A DNA stretch of 64,000 nucleotides from positions 271,890 through 335,889 of the forward strand of contig JBMNFW010000001.1 of assembly GCA_050949525.1 (NCBI GenBank). The letters run 5' to 3'. The position numbers and the translations under genes are program-made. The notes beneath the pieces are model-generated. The model worked only from the letters and a program-made list of their open reading frames with translations. It was not told the origin of the DNA and searched no databases. Source of the stretch: Patescibacteria group bacterium (GTDB lineage: Bacteria > Patescibacteriota > Patescibacteriia > Patescibacteriales > UBA12465). Positions 26,099-35,906 of this stretch are shown here, piece by piece (position 1 is the stretch's first letter; every line of letters begins with the position of its first letter).

Positions 26099-26452
26099 AT
26101 GGCTGAAAGTAAAAAAAAGTCTGCCAGTAAAGAGGGCGGAGATTTTAAAACTAAGATTAGAATCAAAATTAAAGCTTTTGATCATAAGATTATTGATCAA
26201 GCAGCTAAAACTATTATTGAAACAGCTCAGAAGACTGATGCTCAGATTTCAGGGCCAATTCCTCTACCAATTGAAAAGAGGAAGTATACTGTTAATCGAT
26301 CAACTTTTGTTCATAAGGATGCTCGAGATCAATATGAGATCCGAACTCATAAAAGATTGATTGATATTTTTGAGCCTTCCGCTAGGACTATTGAAGATTT
26401 GACTAGTCTAAGTTTACCAGCCGGGGTTGACCTAGAAATAAAAATGGATTAG
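26099..26452 (+). CDS. rpsJ: 30S ribosomal protein S10 (short N-terminal extension)
   Basis: IRIKIKAFDHKIIDQAAKTIIETAQKTDAQISGPIPLP...RTHKRLIDI. Confidence 0.96.
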   Translation: MAESKKKSASKEGGDFKTKIRIKIKAFDHKIIDQAAKTIIETAQKTDAQISGPIPLPIEKRKYTVNRSTFVHKDARDQYEIRTHKRLIDIFEPSARTIEDLTSLSLPAGVDLEIKMD

Positions 26453-26623
26453 AATATTAAGGTATTTTTAAAACATAAGACATTTAATTGATTTTTTAGA
26501 AACTCCAATTTAGGAAAGTTCTTTAATTGAGATTAGATGTTTATATAGGAGGTAAAATTCAACAAAATAGCTTTTCAATTTAATATAAATATTTATTATT
26601 TCTTTTAGATTGTTTAATGTGTA

Positions 26624-26653
26624 AAGCTGGTTTTGTTGCTAACCGGTTTTTTT
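26624..26653 (+). terminator. Terminator-like hairpin plus T7 run immediately upstream of rplC
   Basis: CTGGTT/AACCGG stem (one G-U pair), 8-nt loop, TTTTTTT. It ends 23 nt before the rplC ATG. Confidence 0.45.
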
Positions 26654-26675
26654 ATTTATTATCTTTATTAATATT

Positions 26676-27398
26676 ATGAAATTTATATTAGGAAAAAAAA
26701 TTAATATGACTCAGGTTTGGGATGAAAAAGGACAGGCTGTAGCAGTAACCAGAGTTCAGGCTGGACCTTGTATAGTGACTCAGGTTAAGGATGAAAAAAA
26801 TGATGGTTATCAAGCAGTTCAGATAGCTTATGATCGTAAAAAGGTTAAGAATGTTTCTAAACCAGTTCGGGGTCATTTAAAAAAGGCCGGTTTTTTATCA
26901 GAAGATGCTCGATTTTTACGTGAGTTTCGTACTTCAGCTGATTTGAAACCTGGTGATGTTATCGATGTTTCTACTTTTAATAAAGGGGATATTGTTGATG
27001 TTCAAAGTGTTTCTAAGGGGAAAGGTTTTCAGGGTGTGGTTAAACGTTATGGATTTGCTGGATCTCAAAAAACTCATGGAAATAAAGATCAGCTTCGAGC
27101 TACTGGTTCTATTGGAGCTTTAGGTCCATCTCGAGTTTTTAAGGGAAAGAAAATGCCTGGTCGAATGGGGGGAGATACTGTTACTATTAAAAATTTAGAA
27201 ATAATTGAAGTTGATTTAGAAAATAATATTTTATTCATCAAGGGAGCTGTTCCTGGTTATAACGGGATACTTTTAAAGATTAAAGGTGTTGGAGATTTGG
27301 TAGTGAATAATAAGAAGGAAGAAAAGGAAGAAAAAGAAGATAAAAAGGAAGAAAAGGAGGTAGAAGCTCCAGTTGAAGAAGATAAAAAAGAGGAATAA
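26676..27398 (+). CDS. rplC: 50S ribosomal protein L3 with a K/E-rich C-terminal tail
   Basis: GKKINMTQVWDEKGQAVAVTRVQAGPC and GKGFQGVVKRYGF. Tail: NNKKEEKEEKEDKKEEKEVEAPVEEDKKEE. Confidence 0.95.
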   Translation: MKFILGKKINMTQVWDEKGQAVAVTRVQAGPCIVTQVKDEKNDGYQAVQIAYDRKKVKNVSKPVRGHLKKAGFLSEDARFLREFRTSADLKPGDVIDVSTFNKGDIVDVQSVSKGKGFQGVVKRYGFAGSQKTHGNKDQLRATGSIGALGPSRVFKGKKMPGRMGGDTVTIKNLEIIEVDLENNILFIKGAVPGYNGILLKIKGVGDLVVNNKKEEKEEKEDKKEEKEVEAPVEEDKKEE

Positions 27399-27416
27399 TT
27401 AATTACTAATAAAAAT

Positions 27417-28079
27417 ATGTCACTTAAAACAAATATATACAATCAAAAAGGAGAAGTGTTGGGTGAGTTAAAATTATCTGATCAGGTTTTTGCTGTAGAG
27501 CTTAATGAAGATTTGGTGCATCAAGCTATGGTAGCTCAAATGTCTAATGAGAGACAAGTTTTAGCTCACACTAAAACTAAATCAGAGGTTCGAGGTGGAG
27601 GACGAAAACCTTGGAAACAAAAAGGAACTGGTCGAGCTCGAGCTGGATCTAGTCGTTCGCCTTTATGGATTGGTGGAGGAGTCACTTTTGGTCCTCGTAA
27701 GGATCGTAATTTTAGTAAAAAAATTAACAAAAAAATGAAACAAAAAGCTATGTTAATGGTTTTAAGTGATCGTTTTAATAATAATAATTTGGTGGTTTTA
27801 GATAAAGTTGATTTAAAAGATTATAGCACTAAAAAGTTTAATGAAATTCTTAAAAATTTGGAAACAATTTTTCCTTCTGAAGAGGGGAAAAAATCAAAAC
27901 GCAGTCTTTTATTTGTTAATGATAGTAAAGATGATAAGGTATTATTATCATCTCGTAATTTGAGTGGTTTTAATATTATTAATTTAGAAAACATTAATAT
28001 TATTGATTTGTTAAAGTATCGTAATTTAATTATGACTGAATCAGTAGCTAAAAGTATTAATGAACGTTATTCAAAATAA
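27417..28079 (+). CDS. rplD: 50S ribosomal protein L4
   Basis: RGGGRKPWKQKGTGRARAGSSRSPLWIGGGVTFGP. Confidence 0.95.
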   Translation: MSLKTNIYNQKGEVLGELKLSDQVFAVELNEDLVHQAMVAQMSNERQVLAHTKTKSEVRGGGRKPWKQKGTGRARAGSSRSPLWIGGGVTFGPRKDRNFSKKINKKMKQKAMLMVLSDRFNNNNLVVLDKVDLKDYSTKKFNEILKNLETIFPSEEGKKSKRSLLFVNDSKDDKVLLSSRNLSGFNIINLENINIIDLLKYRNLIMTESVAKSINERYSK

Positions 28080-28098
28080 AAATAATTAATTTATTCAT

Positions 28099-28515
28099 AT
28101 GGCAATATTTAATAGTAAAACTGATAAGAAAGCTTCAGCTAAGAATAAAAAGTCGAGTAGTGATAGTATGAAGGATTTATACGAAGAAAAAGCTGATGTA
28201 GTAAAAAAAAGTACTAATATTAGGGTTTCTAGTCGGGCTGATCGAGTTTTACTTCGCCCCTTAGTAACTGAAAAAGCTACTAATCTAGGTGAATTAAATC
28301 AATATGTTTTTGTGGTAGCCGATAAAGCTAATAAAATTGAAGTAGCTAAAGCTATTTATGATGTGTATAAAGTTAAACCTTTAAGTGTTAATATTGTTAA
28401 AGTTAAAGGTAAAAAGGTTAGTCGAGGTCGAATTAGTGGACGAAGAAAGGATTTTAAAAAGGCAGTAGTTACTCTCAAAAAGGGAGAAACCATTTCAGTT
28501 TATGAAGGTGTTTAA
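28099..28515 (+). CDS. rplW: 50S ribosomal protein L23 (N-terminal extension)
   Basis: VLLRPLVTEKATNL...VFVVADKANKIEVAKAI; correct operon position. Confidence 0.93.
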   Translation: MAIFNSKTDKKASAKNKKSSSDSMKDLYEEKADVVKKSTNIRVSSRADRVLLRPLVTEKATNLGELNQYVFVVADKANKIEVAKAIYDVYKVKPLSVNIVKVKGKKVSRGRISGRRKDFKKAVVTLKKGETISVYEGV

Positions 28516-28540
28516 AAAATATTTATTAAATTTTTAAAAT

Positions 28541-29380
28541 ATGGCAATTAAGAAATTAAAACCAAATAGCCCTAAAAGACGTCATGCTACCTTTGATGAT
28601 TTTTCTGATTTAAGTAAGAATAAGTTACCAGAAAAGAATCTTTTAGTTATTAAAAAGAAGAAGAGCGGTCGAAATAATCAAGGTAAAATTACAGTTAGAC
28701 ATCGAGGTGGAGGGGCTAAGAGATTTATTCGTATTGTGGATTTTTATCGAAATAAATTTGATATTCCGGCTACAGTGGCTAGCATTGAATATGATCCAAA
28801 TCGAGGAGCTCGTTTAGCTTTGTTGAATTATAAAGATGGGGAAAAGAGATATATTATTGCCCCTGTTGGTTTAAAGGTTGGTGATACGGTAGTTAGCTCT
28901 AAGGAATTAGTAGAAATTAAGAATGGTAATGCTATGCCTTTAAAGTTTGTTCCGGCTGGTATTGCTGTTTCTAGTGTAGAATTAGAACCTGGCCGAGGAG
29001 CTAAGATTGCTCGAGGAGCTGGAAATTCAGTTCAGGTGATGGGAGTTGAAGGTAAATATGCTCAACTTAAAATGCCATCTGGAGAAATTAGGCTAGTTAA
29101 TAAAGAGTGTTTAGCCACTATTGGTCAAGCTAGTAATCCTGATAAAAGACATATGAAAATTGGTTCAGCGGGAAGAAAGAGACATTTAGGTATTAGACCA
29201 ACTGTTAGAGGAACTGCTATGAACCCTAATGATCATCCTCATGGTGGAGGAGAAGGTAAGCAACCAATTGGATTAAAAAGTCCTAAGACTAAGTGGGGTA
29301 AGATTGCTCTAGGGGTTAAAACTAGAAAAAAGAAAAGGTCAAATAAATTAATTGTTCAACGACGACCTAAGAAAAAGTAA
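28541..29380 (+). CDS. rplB: 50S ribosomal protein L2
   Basis: [19 protein letters not shown] and [14 protein letters not shown]. Confidence 0.97.
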   Translation: MAIKKLKPNSPKRRHATFDDFSDLSKNKLPEKNLLVIKKKKSGRNNQGKITVRHRGGGAKRFIRIVDFYRNKFDIPATVASIEYDPNRGARLALLNYKDGEKRYIIAPVGLKVGDTVVSSKELVEIKNGNAMPLKFVPAGIAVSSVELEPGRGAKIARGAGNSVQVMGVEGKYAQLKMPSGEIRLVNKECLATIGQASNPDKRHMKIGSAGRKRHLGIRPTVRGTAMNPNDHPHGGGEGKQPIGLKSPKTKWGKIALGVKTRKKKRSNKLIVQRRPKKK

Positions 29381-29403
29381 TTTATTTATAAGTATATAAT
29401 CAT

Positions 29404-29688
29404 ATGGCAAGAAGTTTAAAAAAGGGTCCTTATATCAATCAAAAAATTTTGAAAAAAATTCAAGCTTTAGATCCAAATAGTAAGACAGTAATCAAAGTTT
29501 GGGATCGAGCTTGTACTATAGTTCCAGAAATGGTTGGTCATACTATTGGAGTTCATAATGGTAAGCAACATATTCCGGTTTATATTACTGAAAATATGGT
29601 TGGACATAAATTGGGTGAATTTTCTCCGACTAAGAAATTTATTAGTCATGGCGGAAAAATGGCCAAAACTCAAGCTAAGGAAAAATAA
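29404..29688 (+). CDS. rpsS: 30S ribosomal protein S19
   Basis: [11 protein letters not shown]...[29 protein letters not shown]. Confidence 0.97.
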   Translation: MARSLKKGPYINQKILKKIQALDPNSKTVIKVWDRACTIVPEMVGHTIGVHNGKQHIPVYITENMVGHKLGEFSPTKKFISHGGKMAKTQAKEK

Positions 29689-29720
29689 TTGTATATAAAT
29701 AATTAAGATATTAAAATAAT

Positions 29721-30233
29721 ATGGAAGTTAAAGCTAGTTTAAAACATTTAAGAATTTCTCCTCGCAAAGTTCGCTTGGTGGCCAATTTGATTCGAGGTTT
29801 GGAAACCGAAGCTGCTATTAGTCAGTTAAAGTTTTTGAATAAAAAAGCGGCTCGACCAGTTTTAAAATTACTAGAATCAGCTATTGCTAATGCTACTAAT
29901 AATTATAATTTAGATAAAAAGAATTTAAGAATAAAAGAGATTCGAGTTGAGGATGATAAAACTTTGAGAAGATGGTTACCTCGAGCTCATGGTCGAGCTA
30001 CTATTCTTCGAAAAAGAATGAGCCATGTTTATATCGTGTTGAGTGAAATTGTTTCTAGTGGTAAGAAGGAGGCTAAGAAGGTGGTAGTTGAGGAACCAGT
30101 TAAATTAGAGGAATTAGGTAAAAAGACTAAGGCGGGAGCTAAAGAGGATGTTAAAACTAAGACTAAGGAAACAAAAAGAAAGGCTTCATCTAAAGGTTTT
30201 GCTAATAAGGTTTTTCAACGAAAGGCCGGATAA
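29721..30233 (+). CDS. rplV: 50S ribosomal protein L22 with a K-rich C-terminal extension
   Basis: LRISPRKVRLVANLIRG...RAHGRATILRKRMSHV. Confidence 0.95.
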   Translation: MEVKASLKHLRISPRKVRLVANLIRGLETEAAISQLKFLNKKAARPVLKLLESAIANATNNYNLDKKNLRIKEIRVEDDKTLRRWLPRAHGRATILRKRMSHVYIVLSEIVSSGKKEAKKVVVEEPVKLEELGKKTKAGAKEDVKTKTKETKRKASSKGFANKVFQRKAG

Positions 30234-30271
30234 GTTAAAAGTTAAAATAAAAATAATTTATATTAATAAAT

Positions 30272-30931
30272 ATGGGTAAAAAAATAAATCCAAAAATAAT
30301 AAGAGTCGGAGTTATAAAAAACTGGCCATCAACCTGGTTTGCTTCGGGTGATAAATATATTAAGAATGTTAGACAGGATGTTTCGATTAGAAAATATATT
30401 ATTAAGAATTTTAAAGAAGCTGGTATTGATCGGGTTGAGATTTTTAGAAATTCTGGTCAAATTAATATTGATGTCTATACAGCTCGACCAGGAGTTATTA
30501 TTGGGCGAGGAGGTAATGGAGTTGAGGAATTAAAAAGAACTTTACATCGAAAATTTTTATCTCGACCAATGGGGATTCGTTTGAATGATATTAATTTAAA
30601 TATTAAAGAAGTTGAAAATCCTAATCTTAGTGCTCAAATTAATGTTCAGTCTATGATTTTAGAAATAGAAAAAAGAGTTCCTTTTAAGAGGGTTATGAAA
30701 CAAGCTATTACTCGAATTGAACGTGGCGGAGCTTTAGGGGTTAAGGTAGTAGTTTCAGGGCGTTTAAATGGAGCTGAAATTGCTCGTTCGGAAAAACTTA
30801 GTTCTGGTAAATTACCATTAAGTACTTTAAGAGCTAATATTGATTATGCTCGAGGAGCGGCTAATACTACTTATGGGGCTATTGGAATTAAAGTTTGGAT
30901 TTATAAAGGTGAAGTTTTTAATAAGCAATAA
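30272..30931 (+). CDS. rpsC: 30S ribosomal protein S3
   Basis: MGKKINPKIIRVG; KH domain and GRLNGAEIARSE. Confidence 0.96.
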   Translation: MGKKINPKIIRVGVIKNWPSTWFASGDKYIKNVRQDVSIRKYIIKNFKEAGIDRVEIFRNSGQINIDVYTARPGVIIGRGGNGVEELKRTLHRKFLSRPMGIRLNDINLNIKEVENPNLSAQINVQSMILEIEKRVPFKRVMKQAITRIERGGALGVKVVVSGRLNGAEIARSEKLSSGKLPLSTLRANIDYARGAANTTYGAIGIKVWIYKGEVFNKQ

Positions 30932-30959
30932 ATATAAATATAAATAATTTTTCAAATAT

Positions 30960-31367
30960 ATGTTGATGCCAAAGAAAACTAAATATCGTAAGTCACATAA
31001 GGGTAGTCGAGGCGGAAAAGCTACTGGAGCTACTAAGGTTGATTTTGGTTCTTATGGTTTAAAGAGCTTGGAGGCTTGTTGGATAACAGCTCGACAGATT
31101 GAGGCTACTCGAAGAGTTATTACTAAACATACTAGAAAAGGTGGTCAGATTTGGATTAGAGTTTTTCCTCATAAGCCAGTTACAAAAAAGGGTGGCGAGA
31201 TTCCAATGGGTAAAGGAAAAGGATCAGTTGATCATTATGTTGCCGTGGTTAAACCAGGAACAATTATGTTTGAGATTGATGGTTTAAATGAAGAGTTAGC
31301 TAAAAAAGTTTTAGAATTAGCGGCTCATAAGTTACCAGTTAAGTGTAAGTTTGTTAAAAAAGATTAA
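30960..31367 (+). CDS. rplP: 50S ribosomal protein L16
   Basis: MPKKTKYRKSHKG...RQIEATRRVITKHTRKGGQIWIRVFPHKPVT. An alternative ATG lies at 30966. Confidence 0.96.
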   Translation: MLMPKKTKYRKSHKGSRGGKATGATKVDFGSYGLKSLEACWITARQIEATRRVITKHTRKGGQIWIRVFPHKPVTKKGGEIPMGKGKGSVDHYVAVVKPGTIMFEIDGLNEELAKKVLELAAHKLPVKCKFVKKD

Positions 31368-31385
31368 TATTAAAATATTAAAAAT

Positions 31386-31571
31386 ATGGATTTAAAAGAT
31401 TTGTCAACTAAAAGTGAAACTGAATTACATAAAATCTTAGCTGAGCAACGAGAAAAGTTAAGAGATCTTCGATTTAAGGATTCTAGTCGACAGTTAAAAA
31501 ATGTTAGAGAGATTAGATTAATTAAAAAAGATATTGCTCGAATTTTAACTCTATTAAATCAAAATAAGTAA
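31386..31571 (+). CDS. rpmC: 50S ribosomal protein L29
   Basis: 61 aa: ELHKILAEQREKLRDLRFK. Operon position between rplP and rpsQ. Confidence 0.9.
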   Translation: MDLKDLSTKSETELHKILAEQREKLRDLRFKDSSRQLKNVREIRLIKKDIARILTLLNQNK

Positions 31572-31591
31572 AATAATAATAATATAATTAT

Positions 31592-31861
31592 ATGGTTAAA
31601 GATATCAAAGAAAAAACTAAAGCAGAAGCTAAGAAAGTTATAAGAAAAAAGTTTTCTGGTGTAGTAGTTAGTAATAAAAATGATAAAACTATTATTGTTG
31701 AAGTAGAGAGAGTTAAGATGAATAAGAAGTATAAAAAAAGATACACTGTTACTAAAAGATATAAAGTTCATGATGAAAAAAATGTTTCTCAAGTAGGTGA
31801 TAAGGTTAGTTTTGTGGAGTGCCGTCCTTTAAGTAAGGATAAAAAGTGGCGTTTAGTATAG
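31592..31861 (+). CDS. rpsQ: 30S ribosomal protein S17
   Basis: GVVVSNKNDKTIIVEVERVKMNKKYKKR...KVHDEKN...GDKVSFVECRPLSKDKKW. Confidence 0.95.
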   Translation: MVKDIKEKTKAEAKKVIRKKFSGVVVSNKNDKTIIVEVERVKMNKKYKKRYTVTKRYKVHDEKNVSQVGDKVSFVECRPLSKDKKWRLV

Positions 31862-31885
31862 ATAATTTATTAATTTTTTAAAAAT

Positions 31886-32257
31886 ATGATACAAACAGAA
31901 AGTCGATTAAAAGTAGCTGATAATAGTGGAGCCAAAGAGGTTTTATGTATTAGAGTTTTGGGGGGATATAGAAAAAGATATGCTCGAGTAGGTGATATTA
32001 TTGTAGCTACTGTTAAATCTGCTTCTCCTCATATGCCAGTTAAAAAAGGGGATATTGTTAGAGCGGTAGTCGTTAGAACTAAAAAGGAAATTAGGCGAGC
32101 TGATGGTACTTATTTACGTTTTGATGATAATGCTTGTGTTATTATTGATAAAGAGAAGAAAGAGCCAAAGGGTTCTAGAGTTTTTGGACCAGTGGCTAGA
32201 GAAGTGCGACGAGCTGGATTTTTTAAGATTGCTTCTTTAGCTCCAGAGGTTTTGTAA
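31886..32257 (+). CDS. rplN: 50S ribosomal protein L14
   Basis: [27 protein letters not shown]. Confidence 0.97.
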   Translation: MIQTESRLKVADNSGAKEVLCIRVLGGYRKRYARVGDIIVATVKSASPHMPVKKGDIVRAVVVRTKKEIRRADGTYLRFDDNACVIIDKEKKEPKGSRVFGPVAREVRRAGFFKIASLAPEVL

Positions 32258-32279
32258 AATATAAAATAAATTTTTGAGT

Positions 32280-32603
32280 ATGAAAATTAAGAAAAATGAT
32301 CAAGTAAAAATATTGGCAGGAAAAGATCGGGGTAAGACTGGTAAAGTTTTACAAGTTTTTCCTAGAACTCAAAGAGCCAGTATTGAGGGTTTAAATATTT
32401 TAATTAAACATCTTAGACCACAACAACGGGGCGAGAAAGGGCAGAGAATTGAATTTCCTGGTTTAATTAATATGTCTAATCTAGCTTTAATTTGTCCTAA
32501 ATGCGGTCAAAGTACCCGAGTTTCATATAAAAATGTTACAGATTCAGAGGGGCGAAATAAGAAGTTTAGAATGTGTAAGAAGTGTCAAGAAACTTTTGAA
32601 TAA
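32280..32603 (+). CDS. rplX: 50S ribosomal protein L24 (C-terminal CxxC...CxxC zinc-ribbon form)
   Basis: KIKKNDQVKILAGKDRGKTGKVLQV KOW motif. C-terminal CPKCG...CKKC. The ORF track start at 32274 is TTG; the ATG is at 32280. Confidence 0.93.
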   Translation: MKIKKNDQVKILAGKDRGKTGKVLQVFPRTQRASIEGLNILIKHLRPQQRGEKGQRIEFPGLINMSNLALICPKCGQSTRVSYKNVTDSEGRNKKFRMCKKCQETFE

Positions 32604-32626
32604 AAATCAAAAATAATATTAAGTTT

Positions 32627-33178
32627 ATGAAATTAAAAGAAAAATATCAAAAAGAGGTCGTACCACAATTAAAAGAAAAGTTTGCCTATAAAAATATTTT
32701 TTTAGTTCCTAAGGTTAAGAAGGTAGTGATTAATGTTGGTTTTGGTCGCCATAATAAAGAGAAGGATTATGTCGATAATGTGGTTAAAACTTTAACTAGA
32801 ATTTCAGGACAAAAACCAGTTCTAACTAAGGCTAAAAAATCAATCGCTTCTTTTAAGGTTAGAGAAGGGATGTTAATTGGAGCTATGGTAACTTTAAGAG
32901 GTGATCGAATGTATGACTTTTTAGATAAATTAATTAATATTACCTTTCCTCGAGTTCGGGATTTTAGAGGTATTTCAGAAAAATCAGTTGATAAGCAGGG
33001 CAATATTAGTATTGGATTTAAGGAAAATTCAGCTTTTCCAGAGATTAAGATTGAAGATTTGCGAGATATTCATGGTTTAGAGGTGATTATAGATTCCAGT
33101 GCTAAAAATAGAGAGGAAGGTTTAGAATTATATAGATTACTAGGATTTCCCTTTAAAAAGGAAGTTAAAAATAATTAA
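32627..33178 (+). CDS. rplE: 50S ribosomal protein L5
   Basis: [25 protein letters not shown]...[11 protein letters not shown]. Confidence 0.96.
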   Translation: MKLKEKYQKEVVPQLKEKFAYKNIFLVPKVKKVVINVGFGRHNKEKDYVDNVVKTLTRISGQKPVLTKAKKSIASFKVREGMLIGAMVTLRGDRMYDFLDKLINITFPRVRDFRGISEKSVDKQGNISIGFKENSAFPEIKIEDLRDIHGLEVIIDSSAKNREEGLELYRLLGFPFKKEVKNN

Positions 33179-33189
33179 TAAATATATTT

Positions 33190-33375
33190 ATGGCCAGACG
33201 TGCATTAATAGTAAAAGCAAATAGGAAACCTAAATTTTCAACTCGAAAAATAAATCGATGTTGGCGTTGCGGTCGAAATAAAGGTTATATCAGAGATTTT
33301 GATTTATGCCGAATTTGCTTTCGAGAACTAGCGGATAACGGGAATTTACCGGGGGTTAAGAAGTCTAGTTGGTAA
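33190..33375 (+). CDS. rpsN: 30S ribosomal protein S14, zinc-binding type Z (61 aa)
   Basis: [23 protein letters not shown]. Confidence 0.95.
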   Translation: MARRALIVKANRKPKFSTRKINRCWRCGRNKGYIRDFDLCRICFRELADNGNLPGVKKSSW

Positions 33376-33454
33376 AAATAATTAAATAAAATAAAATATA
33401 AAAAATTGTTGATTATCTTGCTTTAAATAATTTTCAATTTTAAATTAAAATATT

Positions 33455-33874
33455 ATGATAGATCCAATCGCAGACATGTTAACTAGAATTAGAAATGCTT
33501 CTCTAGTTAAAAAAACAGAAGTACTTTTACCGATGAGTAAGGTAAAATTTAATGTAGCTAAGGTTTTAGAAAAAGAGGGCTTTATTACTAAAGTTGAAGT
33601 GATTCCAGGTGGGAAAGATTTACAGAAGAATAAAGCAGCTAAATTTGATCAGATAAAAATAACTCTAAAATATAAGGAAAATGGTCAACCTAAGATTAGC
33701 TCACTAAAAAGAGTTAGTAAACCTGGTCGTCGAGTTTATGTTAATAAAGATGAAATTAAGCCAGTTTTAGGTGGTTTAGGTTTTTCCATCATCTCAACTT
33801 CTAAGGGGATAATGACCGGTCATCAAGCTTTTCAGGAGAAGATTGGTGGAGAGTTTATTTGTGAAATTTATTAA
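33455..33874 (+). CDS. rpsH: 30S ribosomal protein S8
   Basis: DPIADMLTRIRNA. Confidence 0.96.
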   Translation: MIDPIADMLTRIRNASLVKKTEVLLPMSKVKFNVAKVLEKEGFITKVEVIPGGKDLQKNKAAKFDQIKITLKYKENGQPKISSLKRVSKPGRRVYVNKDEIKPVLGGLGFSIISTSKGIMTGHQAFQEKIGGEFICEIY

Positions 33875-33893
33875 TTTTTAAGATATTAAATAT

Positions 33894-34433
33894 ATGTCAA
33901 GATTAGGAAAATTACCAATACAAATACCAGCTGGAACTGAAGTTAATATTGATCAGGGAATTATTCGAGTTAAGGGACCTAAGGGGCAATTAGAGCAAGC
34001 TATTGACCCGATGGTTAAGGTTGAAAAAACCGAAGAGGGTTTGGTGGTTACAGTTGGAAAGCCTGAGGACAAGAAAGAACGAGCTCTTTGGGGCTTATTT
34101 CGAGCTTTAATTGCTAATATGGTAACTGGAGTTAATGAGGGTTATGAAAAAAAATTAGAAGTTAAGGGTGTTGGGTATAAAGTGGCTGTAGCTGGAAATA
34201 AAGTTAATTTAAATTTAGGTTTTTCTCATCCTTTAGAGTTTGTTTTACCAGAAGGAATTAGTGCAGTAGCCGAAGGAAATAATTTAACTATTTCTGGAAT
34301 TGATAAACAATTAGTTGGTGAGACAGCGGCTCGGATTAGAAAGTTAAGAAAACCAGAACCATATAAAGGAAAAGGAATTAAGTATTCTGATGAGATTATT
34401 AGACGAAAGGCTGGTAAGACGGCTGCTAAATAA
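33894..34433 (+). CDS. rplF: 50S ribosomal protein L6
   Basis: MSRLGKLPIQIPAGTEV...KGPKGQL. Confidence 0.96.
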   Translation: MSRLGKLPIQIPAGTEVNIDQGIIRVKGPKGQLEQAIDPMVKVEKTEEGLVVTVGKPEDKKERALWGLFRALIANMVTGVNEGYEKKLEVKGVGYKVAVAGNKVNLNLGFSHPLEFVLPEGISAVAEGNNLTISGIDKQLVGETAARIRKLRKPEPYKGKGIKYSDEIIRRKAGKTAAK

Positions 34434-34455
34434 TAAATAATTTTAATTTACTACT

Positions 34456-34809
34456 ATGAATATTAAGGAAAAAAATAATAAATTAGTTCGACGTCATAAA
34501 AGAATTAGATCTACTCTTAGTGGAACCGCTACTAGACCTCGTTTAAGCGTTTTTAGATCTAATCGAGGTATGTATGTTCAATTAATTGATGATGTTTCTG
34601 GTAAGACTTTAGTTAGTGCTAATAGTAAAGAGATTAAGGCTAAAAATCTTAAAAAGATTGATATGGCTTTAGCTTTAGGAAAACTTTTAGCGGAAAAAGC
34701 TACTAAGAATAAAATTACTCAAGTTGTTTTTGATCGTGGTGGTTATAAGTATCATGGACGAGTTAAGGCAGTGGCTGAAGGGGCTCGAGAAGGTGGTTTA
34801 ATTTTTTAA
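34456..34809 (+). CDS. rplR: 50S ribosomal protein L18
   Basis: [20 protein letters not shown]...[26 protein letters not shown]. Confidence 0.96.
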   Translation: MNIKEKNNKLVRRHKRIRSTLSGTATRPRLSVFRSNRGMYVQLIDDVSGKTLVSANSKEIKAKNLKKIDMALALGKLLAEKATKNKITQVVFDRGGYKYHGRVKAVAEGAREGGLIF

Positions 34810-34833
34810 TTTAATATATAAATAATAAATAAT

Positions 34834-35439
34834 ATGTCAGAGCAAAAAAAAGATGAAATTAAAAAAGTAGCCTCAAGTTCTAAGGATGCTTCTGGAGCTA
34901 AACCTAAGAGATCTTTTTCTTCTCGAAAGCGTTTTGCTGATCGACCAAAAGAAGAATTTGAACAACGAATTTTAGATATTGCTCGAGTTACTCGAGTTAT
35001 GAAGGGAGGAAAGAGGATGAGTTTTAGAGCTTGTGTAGTTATTGGTGATAAGAAAGGACGAGTGGCTATTGCTTTAGGTAAAGGAGCTGATGTTACTATT
35101 GCAGTTAATAAGGCAGTCAATAAAGCTAAGAAGAATATCATAGTAGTTCCGATTGTAAAAGATACTATTCCTCATGAAATTTATCAAAAGTATGGTTCAG
35201 CTAAAATTTTATTAAAACCAGCTAATCAAGGACGGGGAGTTATTGCGGGTGGAGTAGTTCGAGTTATTATGGATTTGGCTGGGGTTAAAAATGTTACTAG
35301 TAAGATTTTAGGTACTAATAATAAAGTTAATAATGCTAAATGTGTAATGTTGGCTTTTAAAAATTTGAAAACTAAGAAGAGTCCTAAAACTAAGCCAGTT
35401 ACTAAGGAAAAGAAACTTGAAGTAAAAAATAAAAAATAA
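34834..35439 (+). CDS. rpsE: 30S ribosomal protein S5 (N- and C-terminal K-rich extensions)
   Basis: RVTRVMKGGKRMSFRACVVIGDKKGRVAIALGKG. Confidence 0.95.
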   Translation: MSEQKKDEIKKVASSSKDASGAKPKRSFSSRKRFADRPKEEFEQRILDIARVTRVMKGGKRMSFRACVVIGDKKGRVAIALGKGADVTIAVNKAVNKAKKNIIVVPIVKDTIPHEIYQKYGSAKILLKPANQGRGVIAGGVVRVIMDLAGVKNVTSKILGTNNKVNNAKCVMLAFKNLKTKKSPKTKPVTKEKKLEVKNKK

Positions 35440-35462
35440 TTTATAAATAAGAAAATAAAAAT

Positions 35463-35894
35463 ATGGCTATCTCGTTGCATAATATTAAAAGAAGTTCAGG
35501 AAGCTCTAGACCAGGAAAAAGATTAGGTCGAGGAGATTCTTCTGGTAAAGGAACTTATAGTGGCCGTGGTTTAAAGGGGCAAAAGTCTCGTTCTGGTGTT
35601 AGTCGAACTAAGCTTAAGAGATTAGGAATGAAAAGTGTTTTATTAAAAACTCCGAAAAGCCGAGGTTTTAAATCATTGTCACCTAAAAATCAAGTAGTGA
35701 GCGTTGTTAAAATTAATGAGAATTTTAAGGATAATGAAGTGGTGAATGCTGAAACTTTATTAGCTAAGAAGTTAATTAGAAACAAAAATTTACCAATTAA
35801 AATTTTAGGAAAAGAAGCCTTAATTCCTAAAGGTTTAAAATTTGAAAAGATATTATTTAGTCAAAGTGTTAAGGATCAGTTAGAGAAAAAATAA
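35463..35894 (+). CDS. rplO: 50S ribosomal protein L15
   Basis: GKRLGRGDSSGKGTYSGRGLKGQKSRSG. It follows rpsE directly, with no rpmD between them. Confidence 0.94.
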   Translation: MAISLHNIKRSSGSSRPGKRLGRGDSSGKGTYSGRGLKGQKSRSGVSRTKLKRLGMKSVLLKTPKSRGFKSLSPKNQVVSVVKINENFKDNEVVNAETLLAKKLIRNKNLPIKILGKEALIPKGLKFEKILFSQSVKDQLEKK

Positions 35895-35906
35895 TAATAA
35901 AGAATT

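Noticed and set aside
26178-26360. Same-strand out-of-frame ORFs within rpsJ (26178-26360), rpsC (30339-30533), rplP (31099-31287) and pilin paralog 3 (23577-23780)
   Set aside because: They are alternative frames of conserved genes with L/I/R-rich nonsense-like translations. Nothing indicates overlapping genes.
33376-33454. 79-nt gap between rpsN and rpsH, as an internal promoter or an S8 binding site
   Set aside because: It contains only weak TTG.../TAAT-like strings and no convincing structure.
34806-35480. Minus-strand ORFs 34806-35141 and 35226-35480 opposite rpsE and the rplO start
   Set aside because: They lie entirely inside well-supported ribosomal protein genes and give low-complexity translations.
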